Shown here piece by piece: positions 19,816 to 31,172 of a stretch of DNA of 64,000 nucleotides. The notes beneath the pieces are model-generated. The model did not search any database. It was given only the letters and a program-made list of their open reading frames with translations, and was not told the origin of the DNA. The DNA is taken from positions 3,136,001 through 3,200,000 of the forward strand of contig CAVUDP010000002.1 of the NCBI GenBank assembly GCA_963740315.1. Direction: 5' to 3'. The stretch comes from an uncultured cyanobacterium (lineage in GTDB: Bacteria > Cyanobacteriota > Cyanobacteriia > Cyanobacteriales > Nostocaceae). How positions within the stretch are numbered: position 1 is the first letter of the stretch; each line of letters begins with the position of its first letter. The position numbers and the translations under genes are program-made.

Positions 19816-20763
19816 TTTGTGCTATTTCTTTCGTTAGACACCCATCTAATTAGAGCCAAATAAAATAAAACTCCTGCTTTTTAATGCAGCAAAAACAAGG
19901 TTTAAAGCTTGCTTATAATACAAGTTATTTTGTAATATTTTTGTAAAAAAAAATTATATTCTTTTGCTTTTTTTTACATTTGGCTGAATTTGACGATAAT
20001 AAGCACTGTATGAACAAGCATTAATAGAACGCTGATTATGGTCAAGTAGGTTACTTCAATGAAGGCAAGTACGAGATTTACTTCGAATCGAGTAAGCATA
20101 ATCTCTATAATAATCATCAAATTAGAAGTTTACCTTGATTGAAGCTTACTTTTTAAAATGCCGACGATGAATTCTTTTAGTACGTTTCGATCGGCAGGTC
20201 TAACAAGTACCTCATTTATTAGAAACTAAGAATATCCCGATTAAAAATTTAAAACTTGACTATTAGTTGCAATAGCTAATAATTATCAGTTCCGACTATA
20301 CGATCGACTTTTGATTGCAACATTGAAATAGATACAACCTTCTTAACAATTGTGGCATTCCTACTCTCGTTTGCGATATCCCCCCACAAGGGTATTAAAG
20401 CCATTCTATCTATGCCTCTAGGAGGATATTGATAAGAATTTGAACCTACGTAAATTAAACTATAAATCGAGTTTGAATGCTTACAACTATGCTTATTTAA
20501 AGGATTATAGATTGGAGACATATTTCTTAACAATCCTAAAAACCTAACAAGGGAGGGTAACTTCGGGTTTGACATGTTAAATATTGTTGACAATTTTGCT
20601 CTTGTTTTTGTTGCTGAGTAGCGATCGCATTTTGCTTTCTGGCGACAATGCCGCGATCGCCGAAATGATTGGCAACAAGTCACAAAGAAGTTATATAAAT
20701 TTACAATAAATGCAAGCAGGCACTCTCGCTTGGATCGCGGCAGACGGGAGAATATGAAGCTGA

Positions 20764-23760
20764 TTATGGTACGGGTAGTATTGGTGGTACTGCTTCTTGG
20801 GGGGGAGTAAATGCAGGAGTTGTGATATTAGTTGTGTCGAAAATTTCCTCTAAAGCATTTTCTAAAGTATCTCTCATCACAATTTCGTTATCGTAAGCAA
20901 CAATCACTCTAACTAAAGTCGGTAAACTGTTTTCTTCAGCTTCCAGATATATAGGTTCGACATAAAGAAGCGATTCTTCGATAGGTATAACTAATAAATT
21001 TCCTTGAACTACTCTAGAACCTTCGCGATTCCATAAGGTAATTTGTTCGGAAATCTCCGGCTTTTGGTTAATCAAAGCTTCTATTTGTTGAATACCGTAA
21101 ACCAATTCCTGCTTGGGGAATTCGTAAAGCACTAATTTACCGTATTGTGAACCATCCGAACGAGCAGCCAGCCAAGCAATTAAGTTTCTTCGTTGGGTAG
21201 GAGTAAAAGGAAGTATTAAAATAAATTCTTCACTTTCAGCGGTAGGCAGTTTTGTAATTAAGTAGTAAGGCTGTACCTGTTGCTGTTCGGTACCGTAAAT
21301 TTCTGTAGGAATCTGCCACAAATCTTCTCGATTGTAGAACACCTGGGGGTCGGTCATGTGATAAGCCAGCAAGCGTTCCGACTGAATGCTGAAATAGTCT
21401 GATGGGTAGCGGATGTGACTGCGAAGAGTTACGGGTAATTCCGATAGAGGTTTGAACATTGATGGGAAAATTACCTCTAAAGTATTAATAATTGGGTCTG
21501 AAGGATCCGCAACGTAAAAGCTCACATCACCGTTATAAGCATCGGCAACAATTTTTACGGAGTTGCGGATGTAATTAAATTTATTTTTACCGGGGTCAGA
21601 ATACGGATAGCGATCGCTGGTTGTATAAGCATCAATTATCCAATACAAATATGTTGGTTTACCATCAATAGTTGTTCCTTTCCCATCGGCTGCAACTAAA
21701 TAAGGATCGCTATCAAAACGTAAAAAAGGAGCTATAGTTTTTATTCTTTGTTTTATATTGCGGCGGAAAATTAATTTAGTTTCTGGGGTAAAATTGCGGG
21801 TTAGCAACATCTGCCAATCTTTGAGATATTCAGCAAACATTAATCTTCGCCAAGATGTGCCAATAGGAATTCCACCACCTCCGTCGTAAACGTTAAATTC
21901 GTTCTCGTTGCCGCTGGGATAGTCAAACTCTTGAGTTCGGGTTCCCGTCATCACATAAGTATTGGCAAGTTCCCCAAAATAAATTCGCGGATTTGCAACG
22001 GGAATACTAGCGCTAATTTCTGCATTCGATATTGATAGAGAAGCTTGATTACCCGAATTTTCAACGCCAATATCTTTTATGTAGTAATAAGGTAATCCAC
22101 CGGGCGCGACTTGATTCACCGGACTCAGGGTAAACCCGTAGCCATGAGTATAAACTAAATGTTTGTTGACCCAAGTTTTTGCCGCATCGGGAACGTCATT
22201 GTAATCAAGTTCTCTGGCGGCGATAATAGTTTGCTGCTTAAAAGAAGCTTGAGAGCCAAGACTGCGTTTGAGAGTATAGCGGTCAATATCTGCATCTGGA
22301 AACTTATAATAAGGTCGAATTTGCTGTAGCTGACGGTTGCTTTGTAAAAGCGGGCGCGTATCCCACAAACGAATGTTTGCTATAGTTAGGTCATTTTCTC
22401 GTAAGTCAGATCCCGTCAGATTATTTTGAGGATTAAAAGTACTCGCATCAATACTGTCTAAATTAAATGCTTCGCGGGTAAGTTTGATTGTACGTTCGAT
22501 ATAAGGCTTTTCGCGGGTAATTTCGTTGGGCAGTACAACTAACTTTTGTACTACTGTAGGCAGAAAACTAACGGCAAAAGTTGCTACTACAAAAAACAAT
22601 CCCGATACGTAAACCAATTGTCGCGGGAAAGGGGCGCGTTTTATAGTTCCTTTTGTTCTTTTAGATAAAGCTAATGTTCGCACTACCAAATAAGCTGCAA
22701 TAGCGATCGCTAAAATAGTCAAGCTGGTATAAATAGGCAGCAAAACTTTGACATCTGTATAGCTCGCACCGTAGTTTACTCCCAACTTGGAATACAAAAG
22801 TTGATACCGTAACAGCCAATAACGTAAAGCTATAGCTAACATACTCAAGCAACCCAAGGCATTGAGATGAAGCCGTTGCTGTACGGTAAAACCGGGAAAT
22901 CTACCTTCACTCAAGCTGTTAGCGGAGCGTAAATAAATCAATGCTACCGCAGCTATACCAAATGCAAATAGTCCCAACAACCAAAATTGCAGTAGTTCCC
23001 AAATTGGTAACGAAAATACGTAAAAGCTAATATCTCGATTAAATAAAGGTTCCTTGATGTTATAGCTGGTGGCGCTGAAGTATTCTAAAACATTTATCCA
23101 CCGTGCCGATATCAAGAAAGCTAAAAGCAAGCTCACAAATACTGAAAGCGCTATCAGCCAAAATTCGTAACGAATAAAAATAGCAGCAGTCAAAGCCAGG
23201 AGTACGGCTAATTGCAAAATCGTAATTACAAACTGCCGTAACTGCAATACATTTAAGATAAACTGCAACCAAAATGGAAATTGCAGTAATTCACCGGGTA
23301 ATTTAACTTGGGGATACCAAACATTTAAAGTTTTTTGACTATAAAAAATTACTATCGCCGCCACTAAAACGGTTAAACCTAAAATCGTCGGTAAAAGCCA
23401 ACGTAGTTTAAAGCCATAAAGGTAAGCAGGAGTTTCAGGTGTTTTTAGAAAAACAGGAGAAGGGAAAAAAGTTTTTTTCTCTGTTTTACTTATTTCTTTC
23501 CCGTATCCTGCTTTCGGGTGTTGAAACTTTCTCGCTATAGTCAAATTGCCTAATAAAAAACACAGGCTTGCAAAAAAGGCGATCGCCCACAATCCCAACT
23601 GCGTTACCAAGCGCAATATAAATTCCGACAAATATCCAACTTTCTCAAACCAAAGAACTTCCGCCCCTAAGTGAGAGACTAAATCAAAAATTAGCCAAAA
23701 GCCCAACAGCACGAAAATTATCCGATATCTTATTTGATAAATTCGACTAACTATTTGCAT
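20764..23760 (-). CDS. UPF0182 family membrane protein
   Basis: NIRLWD, YTHGYG, FNYIRNSVK, GNLLVIPIEESLLYVEPIYL. Confidence 0.92.
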   Translation of the reverse strand: MQIVSRIYQIRYRIIFVLLGFWLIFDLVSHLGAEVLWFEKVGYLSEFILRLVTQLGLWAIAFFASLCFLLGNLTIARKFQHPKAGYGKEISKTEKKTFFPSPVFLKTPETPAYLYGFKLRWLLPTILGLTVLVAAIVIFYSQKTLNVWYPQVKLPGELLQFPFWLQFILNVLQLRQFVITILQLAVLLALTAAIFIRYEFWLIALSVFVSLLLAFLISARWINVLEYFSATSYNIKEPLFNRDISFYVFSLPIWELLQFWLLGLFAFGIAAVALIYLRSANSLSEGRFPGFTVQQRLHLNALGCLSMLAIALRYWLLRYQLLYSKLGVNYGASYTDVKVLLPIYTSLTILAIAIAAYLVVRTLALSKRTKGTIKRAPFPRQLVYVSGLFFVVATFAVSFLPTVVQKLVVLPNEITREKPYIERTIKLTREAFNLDSIDASTFNPQNNLTGSDLRENDLTIANIRLWDTRPLLQSNRQLQQIRPYYKFPDADIDRYTLKRSLGSQASFKQQTIIAARELDYNDVPDAAKTWVNKHLVYTHGYGFTLSPVNQVAPGGLPYYYIKDIGVENSGNQASLSISNAEISASIPVANPRIYFGELANTYVMTGTRTQEFDYPSGNENEFNVYDGGGGIPIGTSWRRLMFAEYLKDWQMLLTRNFTPETKLIFRRNIKQRIKTIAPFLRFDSDPYLVAADGKGTTIDGKPTYLYWIIDAYTTSDRYPYSDPGKNKFNYIRNSVKIVADAYNGDVSFYVADPSDPIINTLEVIFPSMFKPLSELPVTLRSHIRYPSDYFSIQSERLLAYHMTDPQVFYNREDLWQIPTEIYGTEQQQVQPYYLITKLPTAESEEFILILPFTPTQRRNLIAWLAARSDGSQYGKLVLYEFPKQELVYGIQQIEALINQKPEISEQITLWNREGSRVVQGNLLVIPIEESLLYVEPIYLEAEENSLPTLVRVIVAYDNEIVMRDTLENALEEIFDTTNITTPAFTPPQEAVPPILPVP

Positions 23761-24678
23761 TTCTAAAGGTTAATTTGTTATTAATCACGATAAATTTTAT
23801 TTGTAGCTCTTTTCAGTTGAGATTTTTCGCTTCTAACAGTTAAAAATAGATAATCTAAGTTAATTTCAACCAGCAATTAAATATCTTCTGGAAATTTTAC
23901 ACCATTTCGATCGGTTTAATTACTGAAGTTAAGCCAGATAAGAGTTGCGATCTAAAATTTGTGTGGTTAGTAATTTGATGAGGGGTAGGAGAAACGATTC
24001 GCATCAAATCGTCCAGTTTTTCTTGCCCGGATTATTTCTATTTTGACTTTTTATTAATAACTGGGAAACCAAGTATATAAAAATTAATAACTATATATAG
24101 CGAGCAAAATTATATAGCGAGCAAGATGCATGTCCTGGCGGACACGCTGCGCTAACGCACTACCAGATAGATATTTTTCACAAATTGGGATGCTCTCCCT
24201 CAATATATCGTTTGATAATCAATAGTGATTCGATATTATATATAGTTAAAACGCAAGATATAGATAAATAAACCTCTACATAATAATTTTTCTCACTAAA
24301 ATCAGTTAGCAGATTAAAAATGGAATAACTTATATCCGATCTATTTTCAGTAAGCTTTTAGCGATCGCTAAAATAAACGCGATCGCTTGCATTATACTGG
24401 CGAAACACCGTTGAATAAAAAAAATAGCCTAAAAAATAGTATCATATAAGGTTTTGAGCCGATATGAATTATGGAAAAATTTTAACTAGACCAACATATG
24501 ATGTAGTTTAAACTTATTGTTGCGATCGTAAATACAAGCTACAATTATTTGCAATTAGCTTCCGACTAAAGAAGCGTCATTTCTCGACCGATCAATTCAT
24601 GTTGAATAACCGTCGAGATTTGTAGGTGCAGCCCAGGAACAAGCAACTTAAGAAATTGATTCAGTGAGGAGTGTGAAA

Positions 24679-24861
24679 ATGCGTTCAAAAACAATTGCTT
24701 TATTTCTTGCATTAGGTATGGCAGCTAGCGTTACCGCTTGTGCTAGCAATGAACCTGCTGAAGTAGAAGGCACCGAAGGTACCGAACTAAACCCTGGAGT
24801 TGAACAAACTACCCCAGTAGAAACACCTGAAACAGAAGGTGGTGAAGGTGGAGAAAACTAA
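24679..24861 (+). CDS. Small acidic lipoprotein ending in EGGEGGEN
   Basis: GAGGA RBS, signal peptide with lipobox VTAC, Glu/Thr/Pro-rich mature part. Confidence 0.8.
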   Translation: MRSKTIALFLALGMAASVTACASNEPAEVEGTEGTELNPGVEQTTPVETPETEGGEGGEN

Positions 24862-24949
24862 GCCTCTATTACATCTACTTTTTTTATAGATTGACTTACA
24901 AAGGGCAAGAGAAAGGTGGGAAAACCGCCTCTATCTTGTCCAATTTTGA

Positions 24950-25292
24950 TGGGAGAGGGGGAGAGGGGGAGATGGTAAGCCACTGCGCCCTCGCGGGTTC
25001 CCCGACTTGTAGCAAGTGGCGCAACCCGTTCACGCGTTCACCGCGCTTGTGCGGCGAGGGCGTGCGGCGAGCGGGGGAGATGGGGAGATGGGGGGATGGG
25101 GGGATTTTCTTGGAGGGGGTGGAGGGGGTAGAGGGGGTAGAGGGGGTAGATAATTTAGAAATAACTCCTAACTCTTAACTCCTAACTCTCAACTCCTAAC
25201 TCCTAACTCCTAACTCCTAACTCCTAACTCCTAACTCCTAACTCCTACTCCCTACTCCCTGCTCCCTGCTCCCTACTCCCTACTCCCTGCTC
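24950..25292. repeat. STRR arrays (GGGGAGAT, GAGGGGGTA, ACTCCTA) with nested GC-rich dispersed repeat at 24974-25073
   Basis: Direct observation of tandem units. Confidence 0.85.
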
Positions 25293-25325
25293 TAAAATCT
25301 AAAATTTAAAATTTAAAATCAGAAG

Positions 25326-25997
25326 ATGATTTTTACTATAGAAAATGTTCTGACTGCTGAAGAATTAGATTTAATTACTGCCAAGCTTAAAGATGCGGAA
25401 TTTATTGACGGTAAGCTAACGGCGGGATGGTTTGCAAAAACAGTTAAAAATAATGCTCAATTATCTGGGAATGCTGAGACTGCTAATGAGTTGAGAACTA
25501 TTATAGTCAAAGCACTCACACGTAACAAGCTATTTCAAGCAGCAGTCAAACCCAAAATTATCCGTCCGATAATGTTCAATTGTTACGAAACTGGTATGTA
25601 TTACGGTTATCATACCGATAACGCGATCGCGGGTTCGGAAAAACCAATACGCTCCGATGTGTCATTTACCTTATTTCTGAATTCTCCCTCAAGTTACAAA
25701 GGAGGAGAATTAGTTATAGATACAAGTTTGGGCGAACAAGCTTTCAAATTAGAAGCAGGTTGTGCGATCGTATATCCTTCAACAACCCTGCATCGAGTAG
25801 AAACGGTAGAGACAGGTAAACGTCTGGCAGCAGTTAGTTGGGTACAAAGCTTCGTGCGCGAACCATCAGAACGCGAAATATTATTTGACTTAGATACAGC
25901 AAAACAAGTTATCTTTCAAAAAGACGGTAAAACACCAGAATTTGATTTAATTAGCAAAACCCACGCTAACTTGCTGCGGAAATGGGCGGAAGTTTAA
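25326..25997 (+). CDS. PKHD-type Fe(II)/2-oxoglutarate hydroxylase (PiuC/YbiX family)
   Basis: DGKLTAG, YGYHTDNA, RSDVSFTLFL, YKGGEL, YPSTTLHRV, LLRKWAE. Confidence 0.93.
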   Translation: MIFTIENVLTAEELDLITAKLKDAEFIDGKLTAGWFAKTVKNNAQLSGNAETANELRTIIVKALTRNKLFQAAVKPKIIRPIMFNCYETGMYYGYHTDNAIAGSEKPIRSDVSFTLFLNSPSSYKGGELVIDTSLGEQAFKLEAGCAIVYPSTTLHRVETVETGKRLAAVSWVQSFVREPSEREILFDLDTAKQVIFQKDGKTPEFDLISKTHANLLRKWAEV

Positions 25998-26143
25998 GAG
26001 AGGAAAGAGGGGACAAGGGGAAGAGGGGGAAGATGGGGGGATGGGGGGGATGGGGAGATAAAAAACTCATAACTCATAACTCCTAACTCCTAACTATTCC
26101 CAATTCCCATTCACCGTAGGTGGGAAGTAGCCCAATGCCCAAT

Positions 26144-27430
26144 TCAACTAAATTGTTCTTCTGCATCTAGATTGAATAGTTTTTGTAGAGTTTGCATACA
26201 GTGTCGTCTGGCTTCGACATCTTGCTGCGCTCTTAACTGTACCATTGGGTCGTGTAATATTTTATTGACGATTCCCCGCGTTAGGGCTTCGATAACTTCT
26301 TGATGTTTTTCGCCAAATTCCGAACCCAATCTTGATAAAGCTTTTTCTAGTTCTTGTTCGCGGATGGTTTCAATTTTATTTCGTAAGCAACTAATTGTAG
26401 TCACTGTTTCGAGACTGCGCCACCACATATCGAAAGCTTCTGCTTCTTGTTCTAAAATCCCTTCAGCTTCCAGCGCCATTTGACGACGACTTTCTTGGTT
26501 TTGCGCTACTACTGCTTTCAAATCGTCTACATTAAACGCCTCTACATTATCTAGTTCGTTCACGTCTGAATGAACGTTGCGCGGTACGGAAATATCAAAC
26601 AACATCAAAGGGCGAGTGGGTTCTAAGATTAATTCTAATTTGCTGCGGTCTAATATTGGCTCTGTTGCCGAAGTACTTGTAAAGACTAAATCGCTCTCGA
26701 TAATTACTGACATCATTTCTGTCAGAGGTTGAGTCTGGATGTTACAACCATTGAACTGACTTGCTAATTCTTCCGCTCTTCCTACAGAACGATTTAAAAT
26801 ACAAATTTCTACTGCGCCTTTAGATATTAGATGCTGTACTAACAACCGCGACATTTTTCCAGCACCAACGATCGCAACTCTGACTGCTGCTAAATTTTGT
26901 ACTTTTATCTGCGCTAATTCCACGGCAGCGGAACTGATAGAAACCGCGCCAGTTCCAATACTAGTTTCGCTACGCACGCGCTTCCCGGCGGTAATTGCCT
27001 GTTTAAATAATTTATTTAAAACTGTTTTGATACCTTTGTATTGCTGACCAATTTTATGAGTAGTCTTTACCTGAGCCAGAATTTGTCCTTCTCCAAGTAC
27101 CAAGCTATCTAATCCACTACCCACTCGCATCAAATGCATTACCGCATCTTGATGAAGCAACATAAACAGGTGAGGTCTTAAAGACATTACAGGTAATTTA
27201 CTATGTTCGGAGAGAAACTGAGTTACTTCTCGGATACCTTGTTCGCTTTCTTGAGTAACGATATAAATTTCCAAGCGGTTGCAAGTGCTAAGAATTGTCA
27301 CCTCTTCAATACTGGGATAGCTTAACAGGTGAGCGATCGCGCCTTCAGTCTGTGGTTCGGGAATACTCAGTTTTTCTCGAACTTCTACTGGGGCTGTTTT
27401 GTGGCTTAACCCTACTACTGCTATATGCAT
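26144..27430 (-). CDS. hemA: Glutamyl-tRNA reductase
   Basis: [36 protein letters not shown]. Confidence 0.97.
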   Translation of the reverse strand: MHIAVVGLSHKTAPVEVREKLSIPEPQTEGAIAHLLSYPSIEEVTILSTCNRLEIYIVTQESEQGIREVTQFLSEHSKLPVMSLRPHLFMLLHQDAVMHLMRVGSGLDSLVLGEGQILAQVKTTHKIGQQYKGIKTVLNKLFKQAITAGKRVRSETSIGTGAVSISSAAVELAQIKVQNLAAVRVAIVGAGKMSRLLVQHLISKGAVEICILNRSVGRAEELASQFNGCNIQTQPLTEMMSVIIESDLVFTSTSATEPILDRSKLELILEPTRPLMLFDISVPRNVHSDVNELDNVEAFNVDDLKAVVAQNQESRRQMALEAEGILEQEAEAFDMWWRSLETVTTISCLRNKIETIREQELEKALSRLGSEFGEKHQEVIEALTRGIVNKILHDPMVQLRAQQDVEARRHCMQTLQKLFNLDAEEQFS

Positions 27431-27738
27431 TACTTTAAATGGTAATTACTAATTATTTATTGATAATTGATATTCATGAAATAGGAATTGGGCATGGGAA
27501 GAGTTATGAGTTATGAGTTATGAGTTGTGAGTTATGTAAATTAAAAATGCCTCTTATCCAATAAAGGTTTTGAGACTTATCCTAAACGTGATTTTGGGAT
27601 TATCAACGCAATTAAGATAATTTGTACACTTTGTTCACATAGTTATTAAGTTACCGTCTTCAAAACTCCTAACTCCTAACTCCTAACTCCTAACTCTTAG
27701 ACGTAGCAGTGCTACGTCTCTACATTTCCTAAACAAAT

Positions 27739-28776
27739 TTAGGTAAGACTTATGCTTTGTGGCTTATCGAACATATGGATGGTATCGACAAACCGAGCAG
27801 TTTTGGACTGGCTGGAAATTACTAAGCTTTGAGTTCTAGCTCCTTTGTGGAAGAAACGAACTCCTTCCATTAAGGTTCCCGGAGTAATACCGCAGGCTGC
27901 AAAAAGTACATTCTCACCGTTGGCTAGTTCTTCGGCAGTGTAAATTTTATCTGGGTCATTAATACCCATTTCTTTAAGTCTTTTAAGGTTGCCTTCTTTG
28001 CTTTCGCCAATCAAACCTGTTTGAACTACTTCTGGATCGTAGATCAATTGTCCTTGGAAGTGCCCGCCCAAGCAACGCATTGCAGCAGCAGAAATTACAC
28101 CTTCGGGTGCAGCACCGATACCCATGAGCGCATGAATGTTGGTTCCGGTAAAACCGCAGGAAATAGCGGCAGAAACGTCACCATCGCTAATTAAGCGTAC
28201 TCTAGCACCAGCTTGACGAATTTCCGTAATTAATTCTTTGTGACGGGGACGATCCATCACTACTACAACCAATTCCTCAACGGTACGATTCAAGCACTCA
28301 GCTAAAATTGTCAGGTTTTCGGTGGCAGATTTATCAATATCTACTTTGCCCTTTGCTTGTGGTGGTGCTGCTAACTTTCTCATATAAAAGTCAGGTGCAG
28401 CAAATAAACCGCCTTTTTCGGAAATTGCCAATACAGCCATCGAACCATTTTGACCGTATGCTACTAGGTTAGTACCTTCGCAAGGGTCAACCGCGATGTC
28501 AATTTCAACTAATTCATCGGGGTTACAGAAAGTTTTGGCATCTTCACGAGTACAAATTCCCACTTCTTCACCGATGTAAAGCATGGGAGCATCATCGCGT
28601 TCGCCTTCTCCAATCACAATGCGCCCGCGCATATAGATTTTATTCATTCTTTCCCGCATAGCTTCCACAGCTACTTGGTCGGCGGTATTCTTCTCGCCCT
28701 TACCCATCCAGCGAGCGCTAGCGATCGCCGCTTGCTCAACTACTTCAATAATCTCTAACCCAAGAGTGTTTTCCAC
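27739..28776 (-). CDS. glpX: Class II fructose-1,6-/sedoheptulose-1,7-bisphosphatase
   Basis: [33 protein letters not shown]. Confidence 0.97.
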   Translation of the reverse strand: MENTLGLEIIEVVEQAAIASARWMGKGEKNTADQVAVEAMRERMNKIYMRGRIVIGEGERDDAPMLYIGEEVGICTREDAKTFCNPDELVEIDIAVDPCEGTNLVAYGQNGSMAVLAISEKGGLFAAPDFYMRKLAAPPQAKGKVDIDKSATENLTILAECLNRTVEELVVVVMDRPRHKELITEIRQAGARVRLISDGDVSAAISCGFTGTNIHALMGIGAAPEGVISAAAMRCLGGHFQGQLIYDPEVVQTGLIGESKEGNLKRLKEMGINDPDKIYTAEELANGENVLFAACGITPGTLMEGVRFFHKGARTQSLVISSQSKTARFVDTIHMFDKPQSISLT

Positions 28777-29050
28777 AAATGCCCTCTCAATTGCTTATTA
28801 AATGCGGTATTGACGAATTGCGATATCAGTTATTAAGTCTACCAAAGGGGGGATACCAGTGGAAATCCGTCTTGCCTTTGGTTTGTGTTAAGTTTTGCAT
28901 CCGAGCGGATTTTTCAGGTGTGAGATTTGCTGTAGGGAATATATTTACGACGGTCGGAAGACATATACTTTTAGATAGATTTTTTACAGCTAATATTTCT
29001 AAATAATTAAATTTGCTGAATTTAATTTTCCTGAAGTTAATATTTAATTT

Positions 29051-29206
29051 CGTTCTAAAAAGTTTAATTGTCCTAATTGTGGACACAAAATCGATCGGGA
29101 TGCAAACGGTAGTATCAATAATCTACATAAAAACAATCTTTGGCAATTAGCCAGAGATAAGGTTAATTGCACCTGCGGACAGAGTATTACTAGGTTCTGC
29201 CTGTAA
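29051..29206 (+). mobile_element. Remnant of a TnpB (IS200/IS605 or IS607 family) 3' end
   Basis: Manual translation RSKKFNCPNCGHKIDRDANGSIN = zinc-ribbon half plus RuvC-III DRDxN motif; no start codon or upstream domains. Confidence 0.75.
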
Positions 29207-29270
29207 TTACCGGGTTAAAGACTATCTGCTAGCCTAAAAGAAAGTTACATAAAATCCCTCAAATAATAAG

Positions 29271-29588
29271 ATGTTTGATTTTCTCAACCCGCTTTTAGGT
29301 CGCCATCCCGAACAAATCAAAGCAAGCGTGGAACTTTATACTTGGCAGACTTGCCCTTATTGCATCCGTGCGAAAATGCTTTTGTGGTGGAAAGGGGTTA
29401 AATTCACCGAATATAAAATTGATGGAGACGCAACAGCTAGAAATGCAATGGCGGAGCGTGCGAACGGACGGCGTACAGTACCGCAAATTTTTATTAATAG
29501 TCAACACGTTGGCGGTTGCGACGATTTGTATCAATTAGATACTCAAGGTCAACTTGATTCTCTTTTAAATCAACCAGCAACAGCTTAG
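29271..29588 (+). CDS. grxC: Glutaredoxin 3
   Basis: CPYC, TVPQIF, GGCDDL. Confidence 0.93.
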   Translation: MFDFLNPLLGRHPEQIKASVELYTWQTCPYCIRAKMLLWWKGVKFTEYKIDGDATARNAMAERANGRRTVPQIFINSQHVGGCDDLYQLDTQGQLDSLLNQPATA

Positions 29589-29774
29589 AAAATTCAGCTT
29601 TTTGCAAAATATGATTAAAAACCCGATTTCTACAATAAATCGGGTTATTTTTTGAATAAAGTTATATTAATTTCGTTGTAAAACCTGAAACCTTTGTAGA
29701 GACGCAAGGGTATCGCGTCTCTACACCATTTGTTTGTCTAACAACTAACAACTAACAACTAACTTGTTAAAAAT

Positions 29775-30260
29775 ATGTTAAGCAGCCATTCTGAATATCT
29801 TATACATAGAAAATGGATGGAGCAGGCATTAAAGCTGTCTGAATCGGCGGGGGAAGCAGGTGAGGTTCCTGTTGGCGCTGTTATTATTGATTCATCCCAA
29901 AATACGATTGCAGAAGCTGAAAATAGGAAACAACGCGACAATGACCCCACCGCCCATGCGGAAATTCTCGCTATCCGGGAAGCAACGCGCTCTTTACAAA
30001 GTTGGCGGCTGCATGAATGTAGTCTCTACGTTACTCTGGAACCTTGCCCGATGTGTGCTGGTGCCATTGTGCAAGCCCGTGTTGGTCTACTAATCTATGG
30101 AGTAGATGACCCGAAAACTGGGGCTATTCGGACTGTTGCTAATATTCCTGATAGTACGGCTTCCAATCACCGTTTGGGTGTAATTGGAGGCATCTTAGAA
30201 TCTGACTGTCGCCAACAGTTACAAGATTGGTTTGCTAATCGGCGACATAGCATAACTTAA
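29775..30260 (+). CDS. tadA: tRNA adenosine(34) deaminase
   Basis: GEVPVGA, AHAE, TLEPCPMCAGA. Confidence 0.93.
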   Translation: MLSSHSEYLIHRKWMEQALKLSESAGEAGEVPVGAVIIDSSQNTIAEAENRKQRDNDPTAHAEILAIREATRSLQSWRLHECSLYVTLEPCPMCAGAIVQARVGLLIYGVDDPKTGAIRTVANIPDSTASNHRLGVIGGILESDCRQQLQDWFANRRHSIT

Positions 30261-30375
30261 AGGACAGAGGTAAAACTGTCCAGTGAGTGCTACAAAAGTT
30301 GAGGCAGAAAATCTACGGTGTTACTAATCAAGAATCTTTACATTTTGATTCACTCAATATTCAGCAGTCACCGTA

Positions 30376-31146
30376 ATGATGGAATTAAATTCGATATTTG
30401 ATACTGGCAGACAAAAAACACCTAATAGTCAAGTAAGCACTAAGTTGGCTGATACTACTTCGCAAATTTCTCCTTGGTTAAGTTCTCTAAGTTACCTACT
30501 GGCAGGAAATGTACTTTTACCTTTGTACTTTAGCCAAATCACAATTACGGGACAGGAAAATTTACCGTCTAGCGGACCTGTAATTTTAGCCCCTACCCAT
30601 AAGGCGCGTTGGGATTCGTTGCTTTTGCCTTATGCAACTGGACGTTGCGTTACTGGGCGAGATTTGCGTTTTATGGTCACAAGTACTGAATGTCAGGGTT
30701 TTCAAGGTTGGTTTGTTCGACGTTTGGGAGGATTCCCTGTAGATTCAAAACGTCCTTCGATTAAAACTCTTCGTCATACTGTTGAATTGCTCCAAAGTGG
30801 TGAAATGTTAGTTATTTATCCAGAAGGCGGCATTTTTCGCGATCGCGATATTCACCAACTAAAGCCTGGAATTGCGCGTTTGGCTTTGAGCGCGGAATCA
30901 TCTCACCCCGGTTTGGGAGTGAAAATTGTACCTATTTGTTTCAATTACAGTCATCCTTATCCAAGTTGGGGTACGGATGTTTCCATCAGCATTGCTTCAC
31001 CAATCAAAGTATCTGACTACGATCGAGGCTGTGTAAAGCAAGATGCTAAAACACTTACAGATGATTTATCTCACGCACTTCAACAACTAAACTATCAATA
31101 TGATGATTTCGCTGATAGTGGTTTTGCACAAATATCTAATTCTTAA
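30376..31146 (+). CDS. Lysophospholipid acyltransferase (PlsC-like)
   Basis: HKARWD (HX4D), YPEG. Confidence 0.88.
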   Translation: MMELNSIFDTGRQKTPNSQVSTKLADTTSQISPWLSSLSYLLAGNVLLPLYFSQITITGQENLPSSGPVILAPTHKARWDSLLLPYATGRCVTGRDLRFMVTSTECQGFQGWFVRRLGGFPVDSKRPSIKTLRHTVELLQSGEMLVIYPEGGIFRDRDIHQLKPGIARLALSAESSHPGLGVKIVPICFNYSHPYPSWGTDVSISIASPIKVSDYDRGCVKQDAKTLTDDLSHALQQLNYQYDDFADSGFAQISNS

Positions 31147-31172
31147 GAGTTAGTTGTTAGTTGATAATGGAT

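Noticed and set aside
20276..20760. 135-aa minus ORF, and a plus-strand fragment LLLFLLLSSDRILLSGDNAAIA resembling a TerC motif or signal peptide
   Set aside because: No recognisable domain, interrupted by stops; may be a gene remnant but cannot be supported by eye
24891..25178. 95-aa ORF between lipoprotein and hydroxylase
   Set aside because: Composed of STRR and dispersed-repeat sequence
28779..29086. 75- and 86-aa ORFs upstream of glpX
   Set aside because: No motifs; overlap the divergent promoter region and the TnpB remnant
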